Assembly (NCBI GenBank): GCA_036012755.1
Contig: DASCPX010000236.1
Coordinates: 1 to 16,950 of the forward strand
Direction of reading: 5' to 3'
DNA: 16,950 nt
From: Myxococcota bacterium
GTDB lineage: Bacteria > Myxococcota_A > UBA796 > CAJQPC01
Under the pieces are notes generated by a model, which was not told the DNA's origin, searched no databases, and worked only from the letters and a program-made list of their open reading frames with translations. The position numbers were made by a program, and so were the translations under genes. Shown here in pieces: positions 5,120 through 14,335 of this stretch. The first letter of the stretch is position 1. Each line of letters begins with the position of its first letter.

Positions 5120-8116
5120 ATGAGCGCTGAGTTCGGTCCGATCCTCCAGATCCTTCGCGGCATGGTTCGCCGTGAGCGCCTGCTGTCGCTCTCCCTGGCT
5201 GCGCTCGGCTTCGCCTCCGGGGTCCTGCTGGCCTGGAGCCTCGCCCTGGGCATGGCAGCTGGGGGTGTCGATCGTTTCACGACGCGCTGGGCGGTGCTCG
5301 CGGTGGCGGTGCTCGCCCTCGTCGCCCTCGTCGCCTTCTTCGCTTTCTGCTGGCGGCGTGCCGGAGGCCTGATCCGCCAGGCGGGTCTGCTCGAGCGAGA
5401 GCGCCCGGAGCTACGAGGACGGCTGTTCGTCCTGCTCGATCGCCAGGACGGGCTCCTGCGGGGGGACTCGGAGGCCCTGCTGTCGCTGGCGGCGAAGCGG
5501 GCTCGCGCGGCGCTGGAGGGCCTGGTCCCCGCCACGCTGCATCCGGTGCGCTGGCTCCGTCGTCCTGCGGCCGCGACCGGGGCCCTGGCAGCGATCTGGG
5601 TGCTGTTGTCCGTGCTGGGGCCGATGGGACCTGTCGAGACCCTGCGCTGGCTGGGCGGTGACGCGAGCGTGGTGCTCGTGGCTCCGCCGGTGGATCCGGA
5701 GACACCGGTCCAGCTCGCGCTGCTCGGCGACATCGTGCTGCGCTACGAGTACCCCGCGTACACCGGGCTCCAGCCCTTCGAGGTCGAGAACACCGGCGGA
5801 ACCATCCACGCTCCTCCTGGCACCCGGGTGCGCATCCGGGCCCGGACCGGCGAGCGCTACGACGGCGCTGCCCTGCAGATCGGCGAGGGGACACCGACCC
5901 TCGCCCAGCTCGCCGACGGGCGGGTCATCGAGGCGGAGCTGGTCGTCGCCGAGGAGGGGACCTACCGCTTCCTGCTGCAGCGAGGCGCCACGGCGGCGGT
6001 GTCGCCCGACTTCCAGATCCGCGTGGAGCCGGACACGGCCCCGATCGTCGACGTGCTGACCCCCAGCGAGCGCATGGAGGTGGCGATGGACGACCCCATC
6101 GTCGCCGAGTGGCATGCCCGCGACGACTACGGCCTGGGTCGAGTCGATGTCGTCGGCAGGGGACGGAGCCACATGCTGGAGCCCGAGTTCTCCGAGCTCT
6201 CCACGGAGTGGACCGGGGGCCTGGGCAAGACGCCGCGGGAGCTGGGGCTCTCGCCCGGAGACGAGCTCGCGCTGTTCATCGTCGCCTGGGACAACGATCC
6301 CATCAGCGGCGCCAAGGACGGAAAGTCCCGGCCGATCCGCATCGTCGTCCTGGGTGACGAGGCCGAGCGGCTGCGCTTCATCCGCTTCCGGAGAGAGCTC
6401 CGGGACGCGCTGGTCGACGTGCTCGCGGACTTCGTCACCGATCCCTCGCCGGTCGCCGGGACAGAGGACGAGCTCGTCGTCTGGGCCATGGAGTCCAGCC
6501 GGCGCTTCGATCCCCTCGACGACCTCGTCGACGAGTACTGGGACGGCTTCGACGTGCGCTCGCTGGAGGGACGCATCGTGGGCGAGGTCCGCCGGGTCGG
6601 TGGCGGGCTCGTTCGCTTCGCCATGGACCTCGGCCAGCCGGGCTCGGCGGTCACCCTCGACGACCGCGACGTCGAGGTCCTCGAGGAGATGGACGAGGAG
6701 CTCGTCGCCTTGCTCGAGAGCTACGTCCTCATGCTCGACCGGGTCGTGCAGTACCAGGCGCTGGGCGAACTCGAGAGGCAGCTGACCCAGCTGGAGGCGG
6801 AGGCACGCAACGCCGAGCTGATGGTGAAGAGCGCGCCGGTCGAGGAGACGCTCGAGCGCTTCGGCGAGATGGACCAGCGGGTCGAGGACTTCCAGAAGGC
6901 GGCCTCGGACTTCGACAGCGGTCGCCTGAAGGCCCTGGCGGACCAGTGGGGTGGGGACCTGTTGCGGCTGTCCGAGCGAATCCAGGCGCACCTCGAGGCT
7001 GGGGAGCTCGACGCCGCGGAGCTCAAGGCTGGTTGGTACGCAGAGGAGGCCGAGCGGCTCAGGGCCCAGCTCGACGCCATGCAGGCCGAGATGGAGGAGG
7101 CCAGCGAGCAAGAGCAGCAGGACATCCAGGACCTCATCGAGAAGATCAAGGAGCTCGAGAGAGAGGAGCGCGAGCTGCTCGAGCGGACCACAGGGGCTCG
7201 CGAGGAGCACGGGGTCAAGGACTCCGCGCTCGTCGCCGGCTGGGAGGAGGCGGAGCGACTCGCTGAGCTCACCGTGTCCCGAGCCCGCCTGGCCCACGAC
7301 GCCCTGGAGGCGGACAGCGACGCCTGGCCTCGGGAACAGCGGGCCGGGAGCGAGGCGCTGGAGCTGGCCGAGCGCGCCCTGTTCGCCGTGAAGGCGCGCG
7401 ACCTGGTGAGCGCCCGGGGGGACGCCCTGCGATCCCGACTGCAGCAGATGTCGGCCGCGAAGGAGCTCGCCTACACGGATCAGCGCCGAAGCGCCCGGGG
7501 CGGCGACCCGCGCAACGCGACCCGCGTCACGGACCTCGAGGCGGCGATGGGCTCGGCCGCCGAGCTCGAGGAGCTGTTGGACCGGCTCGTCACCTCGTCG
7601 AACCAGAGCACCCCTGCGCTCCGTGGCGCCATCGGCGGATTCGCCGACGAGCAGGACGGCCTGGAGCAGGAGACCCGGGAGATCCAGCCCAAGGCGGCTG
7701 AGCTCGCCCAGAAGCTGCCGATGGGCGCTCCAGGGCTCGAGGAGTCCCTCGCGGCTGCGGTCCGCGAGATGCAGCGGGCCGAGTCATCCCTGGCCCGCAG
7801 CTGGGTCGTCGAGGCCGAGGGGGCGGAGGAGGCGGCTGCGGACCGCTTGCGCCAGGCCCTCGAGGCCCTCGAGCAGGCAGCGGCCGCCGCGAGCCAGATG
7901 GGCGACGCCATGAGCGACGAGGGCAGCGGTGGAGGAGAGTCCCAGGGGGGCGAGGACGGAGAGGGCCTCGACGCCGATCCCTACCTCGAGCTCCCCGCCG
8001 ACGAGATGTCCGACGACGAGTACCGGCAGGCCCTGATGGAGGGCATGCAGTCCCCAGTCCCAGAGGAGTACGAGGCGCTGAAGCGTCGCTACTATGAAGA
8101 GCTTGTTCGCCACTAG
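5120..8116 (+). CDS. DUF4175-like membrane-anchored protein with Ig-like domains and a long acidic coiled coil
   Basis: Three N-terminal TMs, then YEYPAYTG, DTAPIVDV, ARDDYGL and AWDND beta-sandwich motifs, long E/L/A-rich helical repeats, a Gly/Glu linker and a C-terminal PVPEEYEALKRRYYEEL motif. Start set at ATG 5120 (MSAEFGP); the ORF track uses TTG 5051. Confidence 0.8.
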   Translation: MSAEFGPILQILRGMVRRERLLSLSLAALGFASGVLLAWSLALGMAAGGVDRFTTRWAVLAVAVLALVALVAFFAFCWRRAGGLIRQAGLLERERPELRGRLFVLLDRQDGLLRGDSEALLSLAAKRARAALEGLVPATLHPVRWLRRPAAATGALAAIWVLLSVLGPMGPVETLRWLGGDASVVLVAPPVDPETPVQLALLGDIVLRYEYPAYTGLQPFEVENTGGTIHAPPGTRVRIRARTGERYDGAALQIGEGTPTLAQLADGRVIEAELVVAEEGTYRFLLQRGATAAVSPDFQIRVEPDTAPIVDVLTPSERMEVAMDDPIVAEWHARDDYGLGRVDVVGRGRSHMLEPEFSELSTEWTGGLGKTPRELGLSPGDELALFIVAWDNDPISGAKDGKSRPIRIVVLGDEAERLRFIRFRRELRDALVDVLADFVTDPSPVAGTEDELVVWAMESSRRFDPLDDLVDEYWDGFDVRSLEGRIVGEVRRVGGGLVRFAMDLGQPGSAVTLDDRDVEVLEEMDEELVALLESYVLMLDRVVQYQALGELERQLTQLEAEARNAELMVKSAPVEETLERFGEMDQRVEDFQKAASDFDSGRLKALADQWGGDLLRLSERIQAHLEAGELDAAELKAGWYAEEAERLRAQLDAMQAEMEEASEQEQQDIQDLIEKIKELEREERELLERTTGAREEHGVKDSALVAGWEEAERLAELTVSRARLAHDALEADSDAWPREQRAGSEALELAERALFAVKARDLVSARGDALRSRLQQMSAAKELAYTDQRRSARGGDPRNATRVTDLEAAMGSAAELEELLDRLVTSSNQSTPALRGAIGGFADEQDGLEQETREIQPKAAELAQKLPMGAPGLEESLAAAVREMQRAESSLARSWVVEAEGAEEAAADRLRQALEALEQAAAAASQMGDAMSDEGSGGGESQGGEDGEGLDADPYLELPADEMSDDEYRQALMEGMQSPVPEEYEALKRRYYEELVRH

Positions 8117-9704
8117 CTGGCTCCTCGGGTCGGCCCTGGCTGGCGACGTCGAGGACGGCTTCGTCTGCCTCCGCGAGACCAACCTCGCCTGCGCGGTAGA
8201 GGCCGTCGCGGAGCTCGAGGACGACCACTCCGCAGAGGCGGAGCTCTTGAAGGCCCGGGTCCTGTTCCACAAGGGACAGGTCGCCGAGGCTGCGGAGGTT
8301 ATGCGTCCGCTCGTCGCTCGAGCCCACGAGATCGATCCGAACAAGCTGGCCGGCCAGATGCCTGGCGGCGCCCGGGTGGACGACACCACCTTGCTCACCT
8401 TCGAGGGAGAGGAACTGAAGGCGGGCATGGAGCAGGAGCACGGCTTCTACATCGACACCGCAGAGGTCCACGCCAGCCTGGTCGAGACCCGCATCGGAGA
8501 CGTGGTGGTGCTGCATCACCCCGGCATCGAGCGCATCCTCGTCGAGGACGCCGCGGAGTGCATCCGGCTCGCTCGGGAGCGCATCGCGCCTCGCCTCGGT
8601 GGGGACGTTCCCGGGGTCGTGCGGGTGGAGATCTACCCGGACTCGGCCAGCTTCACGGTGGCCAGCGGGCTGCCGCCCTCGGCGATCAAGACCACCGGCG
8701 TGGTCGCCATCCAGAAGTGGAACCGCATCGTGATGTCCTCGCCTCGCGCCCTGGGCAAGGGCTACGGCTGGCGCGACACGCTGGTCCACGAGTGGGTCCA
8801 CTACGTCGTCTCGCACAACAGCAAGGACAAGGCGCCCATCTGGCTCCAGGAGGGCCTGGCCAAGAGCACCGAGATGCTGTGGCGGCAGGACGACTTCGAG
8901 CTGGAGATCCAGAAGCAGTCGCTGCTCAACGGCGCGCTGGCGACCGGCGACTTCATCACCTTCGAGCAGATGCACCCCTCCATGGCCTACCTGCCCTCTG
9001 CCGAGGCCGCGGCGCTGGCATACGCCCAGGTCGCGACGATGATGGAGTACCTCCAGGTCTCCACCGACCGGGAAGCGCTGGCCAGGGTCATCGAGCACGT
9101 CGGAGACGACGAGGACTCCCGAGACGCCGTCGCTCACGTGGCCGGGGTGCGCTTCGAGCGCTTCGAGAAGGAGTGGAAGATCTGGCTGGCGGAGCAGGAG
9201 CTCATCGGCGAGCGCATCGCCTCGATCCCGACGGTGCTCGGCGGCGGCGAAGCCCACGACTACGACCCGGTGCTGTCCCGGCGAAAGGACCTCGCCAACC
9301 GGGCTCGGCTCGGTGACCTGATGGTCGAGCGCGGCCACCTCGACGCGGCGCTGGTCTACTACGACGAGGCCATGCCAGAGGGGGAGCCGCCCAGCCCCTA
9401 CCTCGCCCAGGCCAAGGCGCGGGTCCTCGTCGAGCTCGGAGAGGTGGACGAGGCCATCACCTTGTTGTCCGAGAGCCGCCGCTACTACCCCGACATCGCA
9501 GACAACAACAAGCTCCTCGCGGAGCTCATGCTCGCGCAGGGTGCGGACGACGAGGCCCTGGCCCTCTACGCCCACGCCGCCGAGATCAACCCCTTCGACG
9601 TGACGGTCCAGCAGGCGCTGGCCGATCTCTACCGAGCCTCTGGAGAGCGCACGCTGGCCGCCCGTCACGCGGCCAACGTCGGCGTGCTCGAGTTCAGGAA
9701 CTGA
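8094..9704 (+). CDS. Secreted TPR-repeat protein with a Peptidase_MA-like (gluzincin) zinc metallopeptidase domain
   Basis: Sec-type signal MKSLFATSWLLGSALA|GD. LVHEWVH (HEXXH at 8787-8801) followed by PIWLQEGLA (third-ligand Glu) and a LAYAQ motif. TPR-like helices at both ends (e.g. LGDLMVERGHLDAALVYYDEA, LAELMLAQGADDEALALYAHAAEINP). Overlaps the upstream gene by 23 bp. Confidence 0.85.
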   Translation: MKSLFATSWLLGSALAGDVEDGFVCLRETNLACAVEAVAELEDDHSAEAELLKARVLFHKGQVAEAAEVMRPLVARAHEIDPNKLAGQMPGGARVDDTTLLTFEGEELKAGMEQEHGFYIDTAEVHASLVETRIGDVVVLHHPGIERILVEDAAECIRLARERIAPRLGGDVPGVVRVEIYPDSASFTVASGLPPSAIKTTGVVAIQKWNRIVMSSPRALGKGYGWRDTLVHEWVHYVVSHNSKDKAPIWLQEGLAKSTEMLWRQDDFELEIQKQSLLNGALATGDFITFEQMHPSMAYLPSAEAAALAYAQVATMMEYLQVSTDREALARVIEHVGDDEDSRDAVAHVAGVRFERFEKEWKIWLAEQELIGERIASIPTVLGGGEAHDYDPVLSRRKDLANRARLGDLMVERGHLDAALVYYDEAMPEGEPPSPYLAQAKARVLVELGEVDEAITLLSESRRYYPDIADNNKLLAELMLAQGADDEALALYAHAAEINPFDVTVQQALADLYRASGERTLAARHAANVGVLEFRN

Positions 9705-9710
9705 GGACCA

Positions 9711-10691
9711 ATGACCGATGATGTGAAGCTCCTCGAGGAGCTGTCCGAGACCCGTACGAACCTGCTGGACGAGATCTCCAAGGTCATCGTCGGCCAACGC
9801 CGGGTGGTCGAGCTCATGCTCACCGCCTTGTTCGCCCAGGGCCACTGCCTGTTCATCGGCGTGCCGGGGCTGGCCAAGACGCTCCTGGTCTCCACCACCG
9901 CGCGAGCGCTGGGGTTGGGCTTCAAGCGCGTGCAGTTCACGCCGGACCTGATGCCGAGCGACATCACGGGCACAGAGGTCCTCGACGAGGACCGCGCCAC
10001 CGGGCACCGCGAGCTTCGCTTCGTGAAGGGGCCGGTCTTCACGAACATGATGCTCGCCGACGAGATCAACCGGACCCCGCCCAAGACCCAGGCTGCGCTG
10101 TTGCAAGCCATGCAGGAGCGCGAGGTCAGCGTGGGAGGCAACACCTTCGCGCTGGAGCCGCCGTTCCAGGTCTTCGCGACGCAGAACCCCATCGAGCAGG
10201 AGGGCACCTACCCCTTGCCGGAGGCCCAGCTCGACCGCTTCATGCTGTCGATCCAGGTCGACTACCCCTCCGCCGAGGAGGAGATCGACATCGTGCTGCG
10301 GACCACGACGGGGCAGGAGCCAGAGGTCCAGCAGGTCATCGGTCGAGAGCGGCTGCTGGCCATGCAAGGGGTGGTGCGGCGGATCAACGTGTCGCGAGCC
10401 ATGGTCCAGAAGGCCGTCGAGCTGGCCAGGGCGACCCGTCCGGGTCCGGAGGTGCCGGACACGACCCGCGAGTGGGTTCAGTGGGGCGCCGGACCTCGTG
10501 CCTCGCAGTACCTCGTGGTCGGGGCCAAGGTGTGGGCTGCGCTGCACGGCAACGAGAGCGCTGATGTGGCGGATCTCGCCGCCGTGGCGCCCGCCGTGCT
10601 CGGACACCGCGTGCTGCTCAACTTCCAGGCCGAGGCGACCGGCCTGCGCTCGGACGCCGTGGTCCAGCGCCTCATCGCCGAGGTGCTCTGA
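9711..10691 (+). CDS. moxR: MoxR-family AAA+ ATPase
   Basis: Walker [24 protein letters not shown], Walker [46 protein letters not shown] and GAGPRAS. SD GAGGA upstream. Confidence 0.97.
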   Translation: MTDDVKLLEELSETRTNLLDEISKVIVGQRRVVELMLTALFAQGHCLFIGVPGLAKTLLVSTTARALGLGFKRVQFTPDLMPSDITGTEVLDEDRATGHRELRFVKGPVFTNMMLADEINRTPPKTQAALLQAMQEREVSVGGNTFALEPPFQVFATQNPIEQEGTYPLPEAQLDRFMLSIQVDYPSAEEEIDIVLRTTTGQEPEVQQVIGRERLLAMQGVVRRINVSRAMVQKAVELARATRPGPEVPDTTREWVQWGAGPRASQYLVVGAKVWAALHGNESADVADLAAVAPAVLGHRVLLNFQAEATGLRSDAVVQRLIAEVL

Positions 10692-10692
10692 G

Positions 10693-11556
10693 GTGAAGTG
10701 GCTCTGGGAGCCGGAGGTCCTCGCCCGGATCCGTCACCTCCAGCTGGTCGCGTCGAATGTCGTCGACGGGCTGCTGCACGGGGACCATCGCTCTCGCCGG
10801 GTCGGCAGCTCCATCGAGTTCGCCGACTACAAGGAGTACGCGGCGGGGGACAACCTGCGCGACCTCGACTGGCGCGTCATGGCTCGCACGGACCGGCTCG
10901 TCATCAAGCGCTACCAGGTCGAGACGGAGCTCGCCTGCACCGTGGTCCTCGACGCCTCGGCGGACCTCGGCACGGCGGAGAAGTTCGAGTACGCCGTGAA
11001 GATCTGCGCCTGCCTGCTGTGGTTCCTCCACCGCCACCAGGAGCCGGTCGGGCTCGTCGCCATGGGGGACGGACTCACCCACATCCCGCCGCGCACCGGA
11101 AAGGCCCACCTCGCCCGGATCTTCGGCGTGCTGGCATCCCTGGCGCCCTACGGGACCGCGGATCTGAGGGGGGCGCTGGCCAAGGTCGCGCCGGGTGTCC
11201 GGCGTCGCTCGCTCGTCGCCATCGTCAGCGACTTCGCCGAGGAGCCCTCCGACTGGGCTCCCTCCCTCGATGCCCTGGCGCGCCGTCGAACCGACGTGCG
11301 GGCCTTTCACGTGCTCGATCCACGCGAGCTGCGCCTGGACTGGGAGAACCCGGCGCTGTTCTGGGGTCCGGAGTCTCCCGACGAGCTCCTCGACCTCGAC
11401 CCGGTCGGTGTGCGCCCCGAGTTCGAGAAGGTCCGGGACGACTGGCTCCTGGAGGTGATGCAGGCGCTGCACGCCCGCTCCGGTCGCTACTACGCCGCCC
11501 GGACCGATCAGCCCCTTTCGCCGCTGTTGTCTCGCTTCATCGGTGGGCTCTCGTGA
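10693..11556 (+). CDS. DUF58 domain protein (VWA-like MoxR partner)
   Basis: GDHRSRRVGSSIEFADYKEYAAGDNLRDLDWRVMARTDRLVIKRY is the DUF58 signature, followed by VVLDAS and IVSDF. The GTG start at 10693 lies 1 nt after the moxR stop; the ORF-track start at 10498 overlaps moxR. Confidence 0.93.
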   Translation: MKWLWEPEVLARIRHLQLVASNVVDGLLHGDHRSRRVGSSIEFADYKEYAAGDNLRDLDWRVMARTDRLVIKRYQVETELACTVVLDASADLGTAEKFEYAVKICACLLWFLHRHQEPVGLVAMGDGLTHIPPRTGKAHLARIFGVLASLAPYGTADLRGALAKVAPGVRRRSLVAIVSDFAEEPSDWAPSLDALARRRTDVRAFHVLDPRELRLDWENPALFWGPESPDELLDLDPVGVRPEFEKVRDDWLLEVMQALHARSGRYYAARTDQPLSPLLSRFIGGLS

Positions 11557-13598
11557 GCCTCGGGCTCCTGGCGCCCCTGGCCCTGGGCCTCGGCCTGCTC
11601 GTAGCCGGGCCGATCATCGCTCACATGGCCCGCCAGAAGCCTCGGGCGAAGGTCGAGTATGGCCTGATGATCCTCTTGCGTCGTCTGCTCAAGCGGACCG
11701 AGCGCAAGCGACGCCTGCGGGATCGCGTGCTGTTGGCGATCCGCGCGCTGGCGGTCCTGCTGCTCGCGCTGGCTGCAGCCCAGCCCCGCCTGTCCTGGCC
11801 CGGGGACGCCCCCGAGTTCGGAGGCACGGGGGCTGTCGTCATCCTGCTGGACGACTCGATGAGCATGAGCCTCACAGAAGGGGACCGGAGCTTGATGGCG
11901 GCGGCTCGACAGCGCGCCTCCAGCGTGGTGAGCGGCCTGCCGGAGGGCACCCTCGTCGGTCTCGTGACGCTCGGGGGCGAGGCGGAGCGGCTCACCAGCA
12001 CGCTCACGACGGAGCACAACCGCGTCCTGGAGCGCATCGAGGCGACCGAGGCTGGCTACGGGCGCACCGATCTGTCCACCGGGCTGCGGCACGCGCGGGC
12101 GCTGCTCGCCGGCCAGCCTGGCGAGATCCTCGTCTTCAGCGACCAGGCAGGACCTGGCACCGTGTCCTCTTCGCGCGCGGAGCTCGCGACGCTCATCGGG
12201 CTGGGCCACAGCATCATCCCGCGGCTGGTCGAGGCCACGCCTCCGCGGAACGTGGCGGTCGTCGGCGCTGAGTATGGCGACGGGCTCGAGGGGGGCACGG
12301 TCGAGGTCCGGGTGGCCAACTTCGGGCCAGAGGCCGTCGAGCGCGCCCTCACCCTGGTCTTGCCGGACGACCAGGAGATCACTGCCTTCGTAGAGGTCCC
12401 GGCAGAGGACGAGGCCACGGAGCGCTTCACGATCCCGAAGACCGTCCCGGGCGGCGTCGCCAGCGTGCGGGTCCACGACGAGGGCCTGGAGCTCGACGAC
12501 ACCCGCTACTTCCACCTGCCGCGGGTCGGTGCCTCCAAAGTCCTGGTCGTCGACGGGGATCCCGGGGTCACGCCCTTCAAGGCAGAGGTCTACTTCCTCG
12601 AGCGGGCCCTGGCGCCCTGGGGAGGCCGTCGCGGGGGCGTGCTGCCGGAGATCGTGTCTACGGCGGGGCTCTCACGGCTCCAGGCAGAGGAGCACAAGGT
12701 GGTGTTCCTGGCCAACGTCGCGGAGCCGGGAATGCACGCCGCGAGGCTGGTCGACTTCGTCCGGGATGGCGGCTCCGTCGTGCTCGGCATGGGCGACAAC
12801 GTCACCCCCTCTCGCTACAACGACCCGCTCAGAGACCTGCTCCCGACCCCGCTGCGCGAGCGGGGTGACCTCGTCGATCTCGACGCCAACGACGTCGGGG
12901 TCGCCCTGGAGCTGCCCTCGACCGAGCACCCGGTCTTCCGGCCCTTCACCCGGAGCGGCCTGGAGAGCTTCCAGCGCATCACCGCCCGGCGCGCCATGCG
13001 TGTCGAGCCCTTCGAGGAGACCGACGAGGTCCAGACGCTGCTCCGCTGGGAGGACGGCACCCCCGCGTTGATCAGTCGCCAGGTGGGACAGGGGAGGGTG
13101 GTGCTGTGGACCTCTTCCTTCGACAAGGACTGGACCAACGCCCCCCTGGAGGCGGTCTTCGTGCCCTTTGTCCAGCGGCTCGTCGGCTGGCTCGGTGGGG
13201 CGGCCGGTGGCAGCGCCCTGCGCTTCGAGGCCACCGTCGGTGAGCGCGCGGTCCTCGAGCTGCCCTTGTCCGGCCTGGAGCCAGAGGTCACCGGACCGGA
13301 TGGAGAGCCCGTCCTCGCCGAGATCGCGAGGGGTGAGCCCTTGGAGCTGCGCTTCACGCCGCAGGTGCCGGGGGCATACGCCGTGGGCCTGCCCGGCGAA
13401 CCCCCGGTCGCCTGGGTCGCGGCGAACGTGCCGGCGCTGGAATCCGACGTGCGGGTCTACGAGACCCTGACGGAAGCCACCGCCTCCATCGATCCCAGGC
13501 TCCTCGAGCGCCACGCGGACCTTGGACCCGGGGCCCTCGGAGCCGCCGTCGTGCTGCTCCTGGCCCAAGCCCTGGTGTCCCTGCGGAGGTCCGAGTGA
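11553..13598 (+). CDS. BatA N-terminal domain + VWA + Ig-like + class I GATase-like membrane protein
   Basis: GTG start in a GTGA overlap with the DUF58 stop. BatA-type N-terminus LLVAGPIIAHM...LLAIRALAVLLLALAAAQP, MIDAS ILLDDSMSM, GRTDL, VFSD, Ig-like VRVANFG...DDTRY, GATase-like LVDFVRDGG...HPVF...GQGRVVLW, and a C-terminal TM. Confidence 0.88.
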   Translation: MSLGLLAPLALGLGLLVAGPIIAHMARQKPRAKVEYGLMILLRRLLKRTERKRRLRDRVLLAIRALAVLLLALAAAQPRLSWPGDAPEFGGTGAVVILLDDSMSMSLTEGDRSLMAAARQRASSVVSGLPEGTLVGLVTLGGEAERLTSTLTTEHNRVLERIEATEAGYGRTDLSTGLRHARALLAGQPGEILVFSDQAGPGTVSSSRAELATLIGLGHSIIPRLVEATPPRNVAVVGAEYGDGLEGGTVEVRVANFGPEAVERALTLVLPDDQEITAFVEVPAEDEATERFTIPKTVPGGVASVRVHDEGLELDDTRYFHLPRVGASKVLVVDGDPGVTPFKAEVYFLERALAPWGGRRGGVLPEIVSTAGLSRLQAEEHKVVFLANVAEPGMHAARLVDFVRDGGSVVLGMGDNVTPSRYNDPLRDLLPTPLRERGDLVDLDANDVGVALELPSTEHPVFRPFTRSGLESFQRITARRAMRVEPFEETDEVQTLLRWEDGTPALISRQVGQGRVVLWTSSFDKDWTNAPLEAVFVPFVQRLVGWLGGAAGGSALRFEATVGERAVLELPLSGLEPEVTGPDGEPVLAEIARGEPLELRFTPQVPGAYAVGLPGEPPVAWVAANVPALESDVRVYETLTEATASIDPRLLERHADLGPGALGAAVVLLLAQALVSLRRSE

Positions 13599-14335
13599 GA
13601 CGTCGCGAGTTCCTGGCGGCCCTGAGCGCGCTCTGGTGTGGTCCCGCCTGGGCTCTCGGCGAGGCGAGCCTCGTGGATGTCGTCGAGGTCGACATCCCTG
13701 GCACCGACTCCCGGCCCGACGCCTGGAAGCGCATGCTCTACGAGATCCAGCGTGTGAGCTCCGTCGAGGTCGGCGAGGACATCCCTCGCATCGCCCCCAG
13801 CGATCTCGCGCTCTTCGACCATCCCTTCGCGGTCTTGTGCGGCGGTGCGGCCTTCGACCCCCTCGAGGACGAGGAAGTCCAGGCCCTGTCTCGCTACATC
13901 ACCTACGGCGGCTTCCTCTTCGTCGACGACACCAGCGGGACAGAGGCCCCCTCGGGCTTCGACGACAGCGTGCGCCGACTGCTGACCCGCATGTTCCCGA
14001 CGCGGCCGCTGGTGACGCTGGAAGCGGACCACAGCCTCTACCGGGCCTTCTTCTTCATCCGGTCCCCGGTCGGACGCGTCGCGGCCCACCCCACCCTCGA
14101 GGGCGTCCAGCTGGGGCAGATCACCCCCATCGTCTATGGCCGGAATGATCTGTCCGGTGCCCTCGAGAAGAGCTCGACCGGGCGGCATGTCCGGCCCGTC
14201 GTCCCCGGAGGCGAGCGCCAGCGCCGCGAGGCCGTGAAGCTCAGCGTGAACCTCATGCTCTACGCCCTGACGTCCAACTACAAGAAGGACCAGGCCCACG
14301 TGCAGGCGCTCATCGAGGACGGTCGCTTCCGATGA
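13595..14335 (+). CDS. DUF4159 domain protein with twin-arginine (Tat) signal peptide
   Basis: MRRREFLAALSALWCGPAWA|LG (RRxFL plus AxA). Also LFDHPF, LSRYITYGGFLFVDD, FPTRPL...DHSLY, NDL, and NLMLYALTSNYKKDQAH, typical of DUF4159. GTGA overlap with the upstream gene. Confidence 0.87.
   Translation: MRRREFLAALSALWCGPAWALGEASLVDVVEVDIPGTDSRPDAWKRMLYEIQRVSSVEVGEDIPRIAPSDLALFDHPFAVLCGGAAFDPLEDEEVQALSRYITYGGFLFVDDTSGTEAPSGFDDSVRRLLTRMFPTRPLVTLEADHSLYRAFFFIRSPVGRVAAHPTLEGVQLGQITPIVYGRNDLSGALEKSSTGRHVRPVVPGGERQRREAVKLSVNLMLYALTSNYKKDQAHVQALIEDGRFR

Noticed and set aside
9858..9881. Walker A GVPGLAKT with Ala in place of the Gly before Lys, as a sign of an inactive ATPase
   Set aside because: GxPGxAKT is a normal variant in MoxR-family ATPases.
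7590..10607. 1005-aa minus-strand ORF (also 1632..3479, 3494..5074, 5411..7297 and 14278..16410)
   Set aside because: These are antisense shadows of well-supported + strand genes. Strong GC3 bias suppresses stops in the mirror frame, and they show no recognisable motifs.
10698..11552. N-terminal 285 aa of ORF 10698..13598, suggesting a fusion or frameshift with DUF58
   Set aside because: Off-frame read of DUF58. The BatA signature begins at the GTGA overlap at 11553 and both genes are intact.
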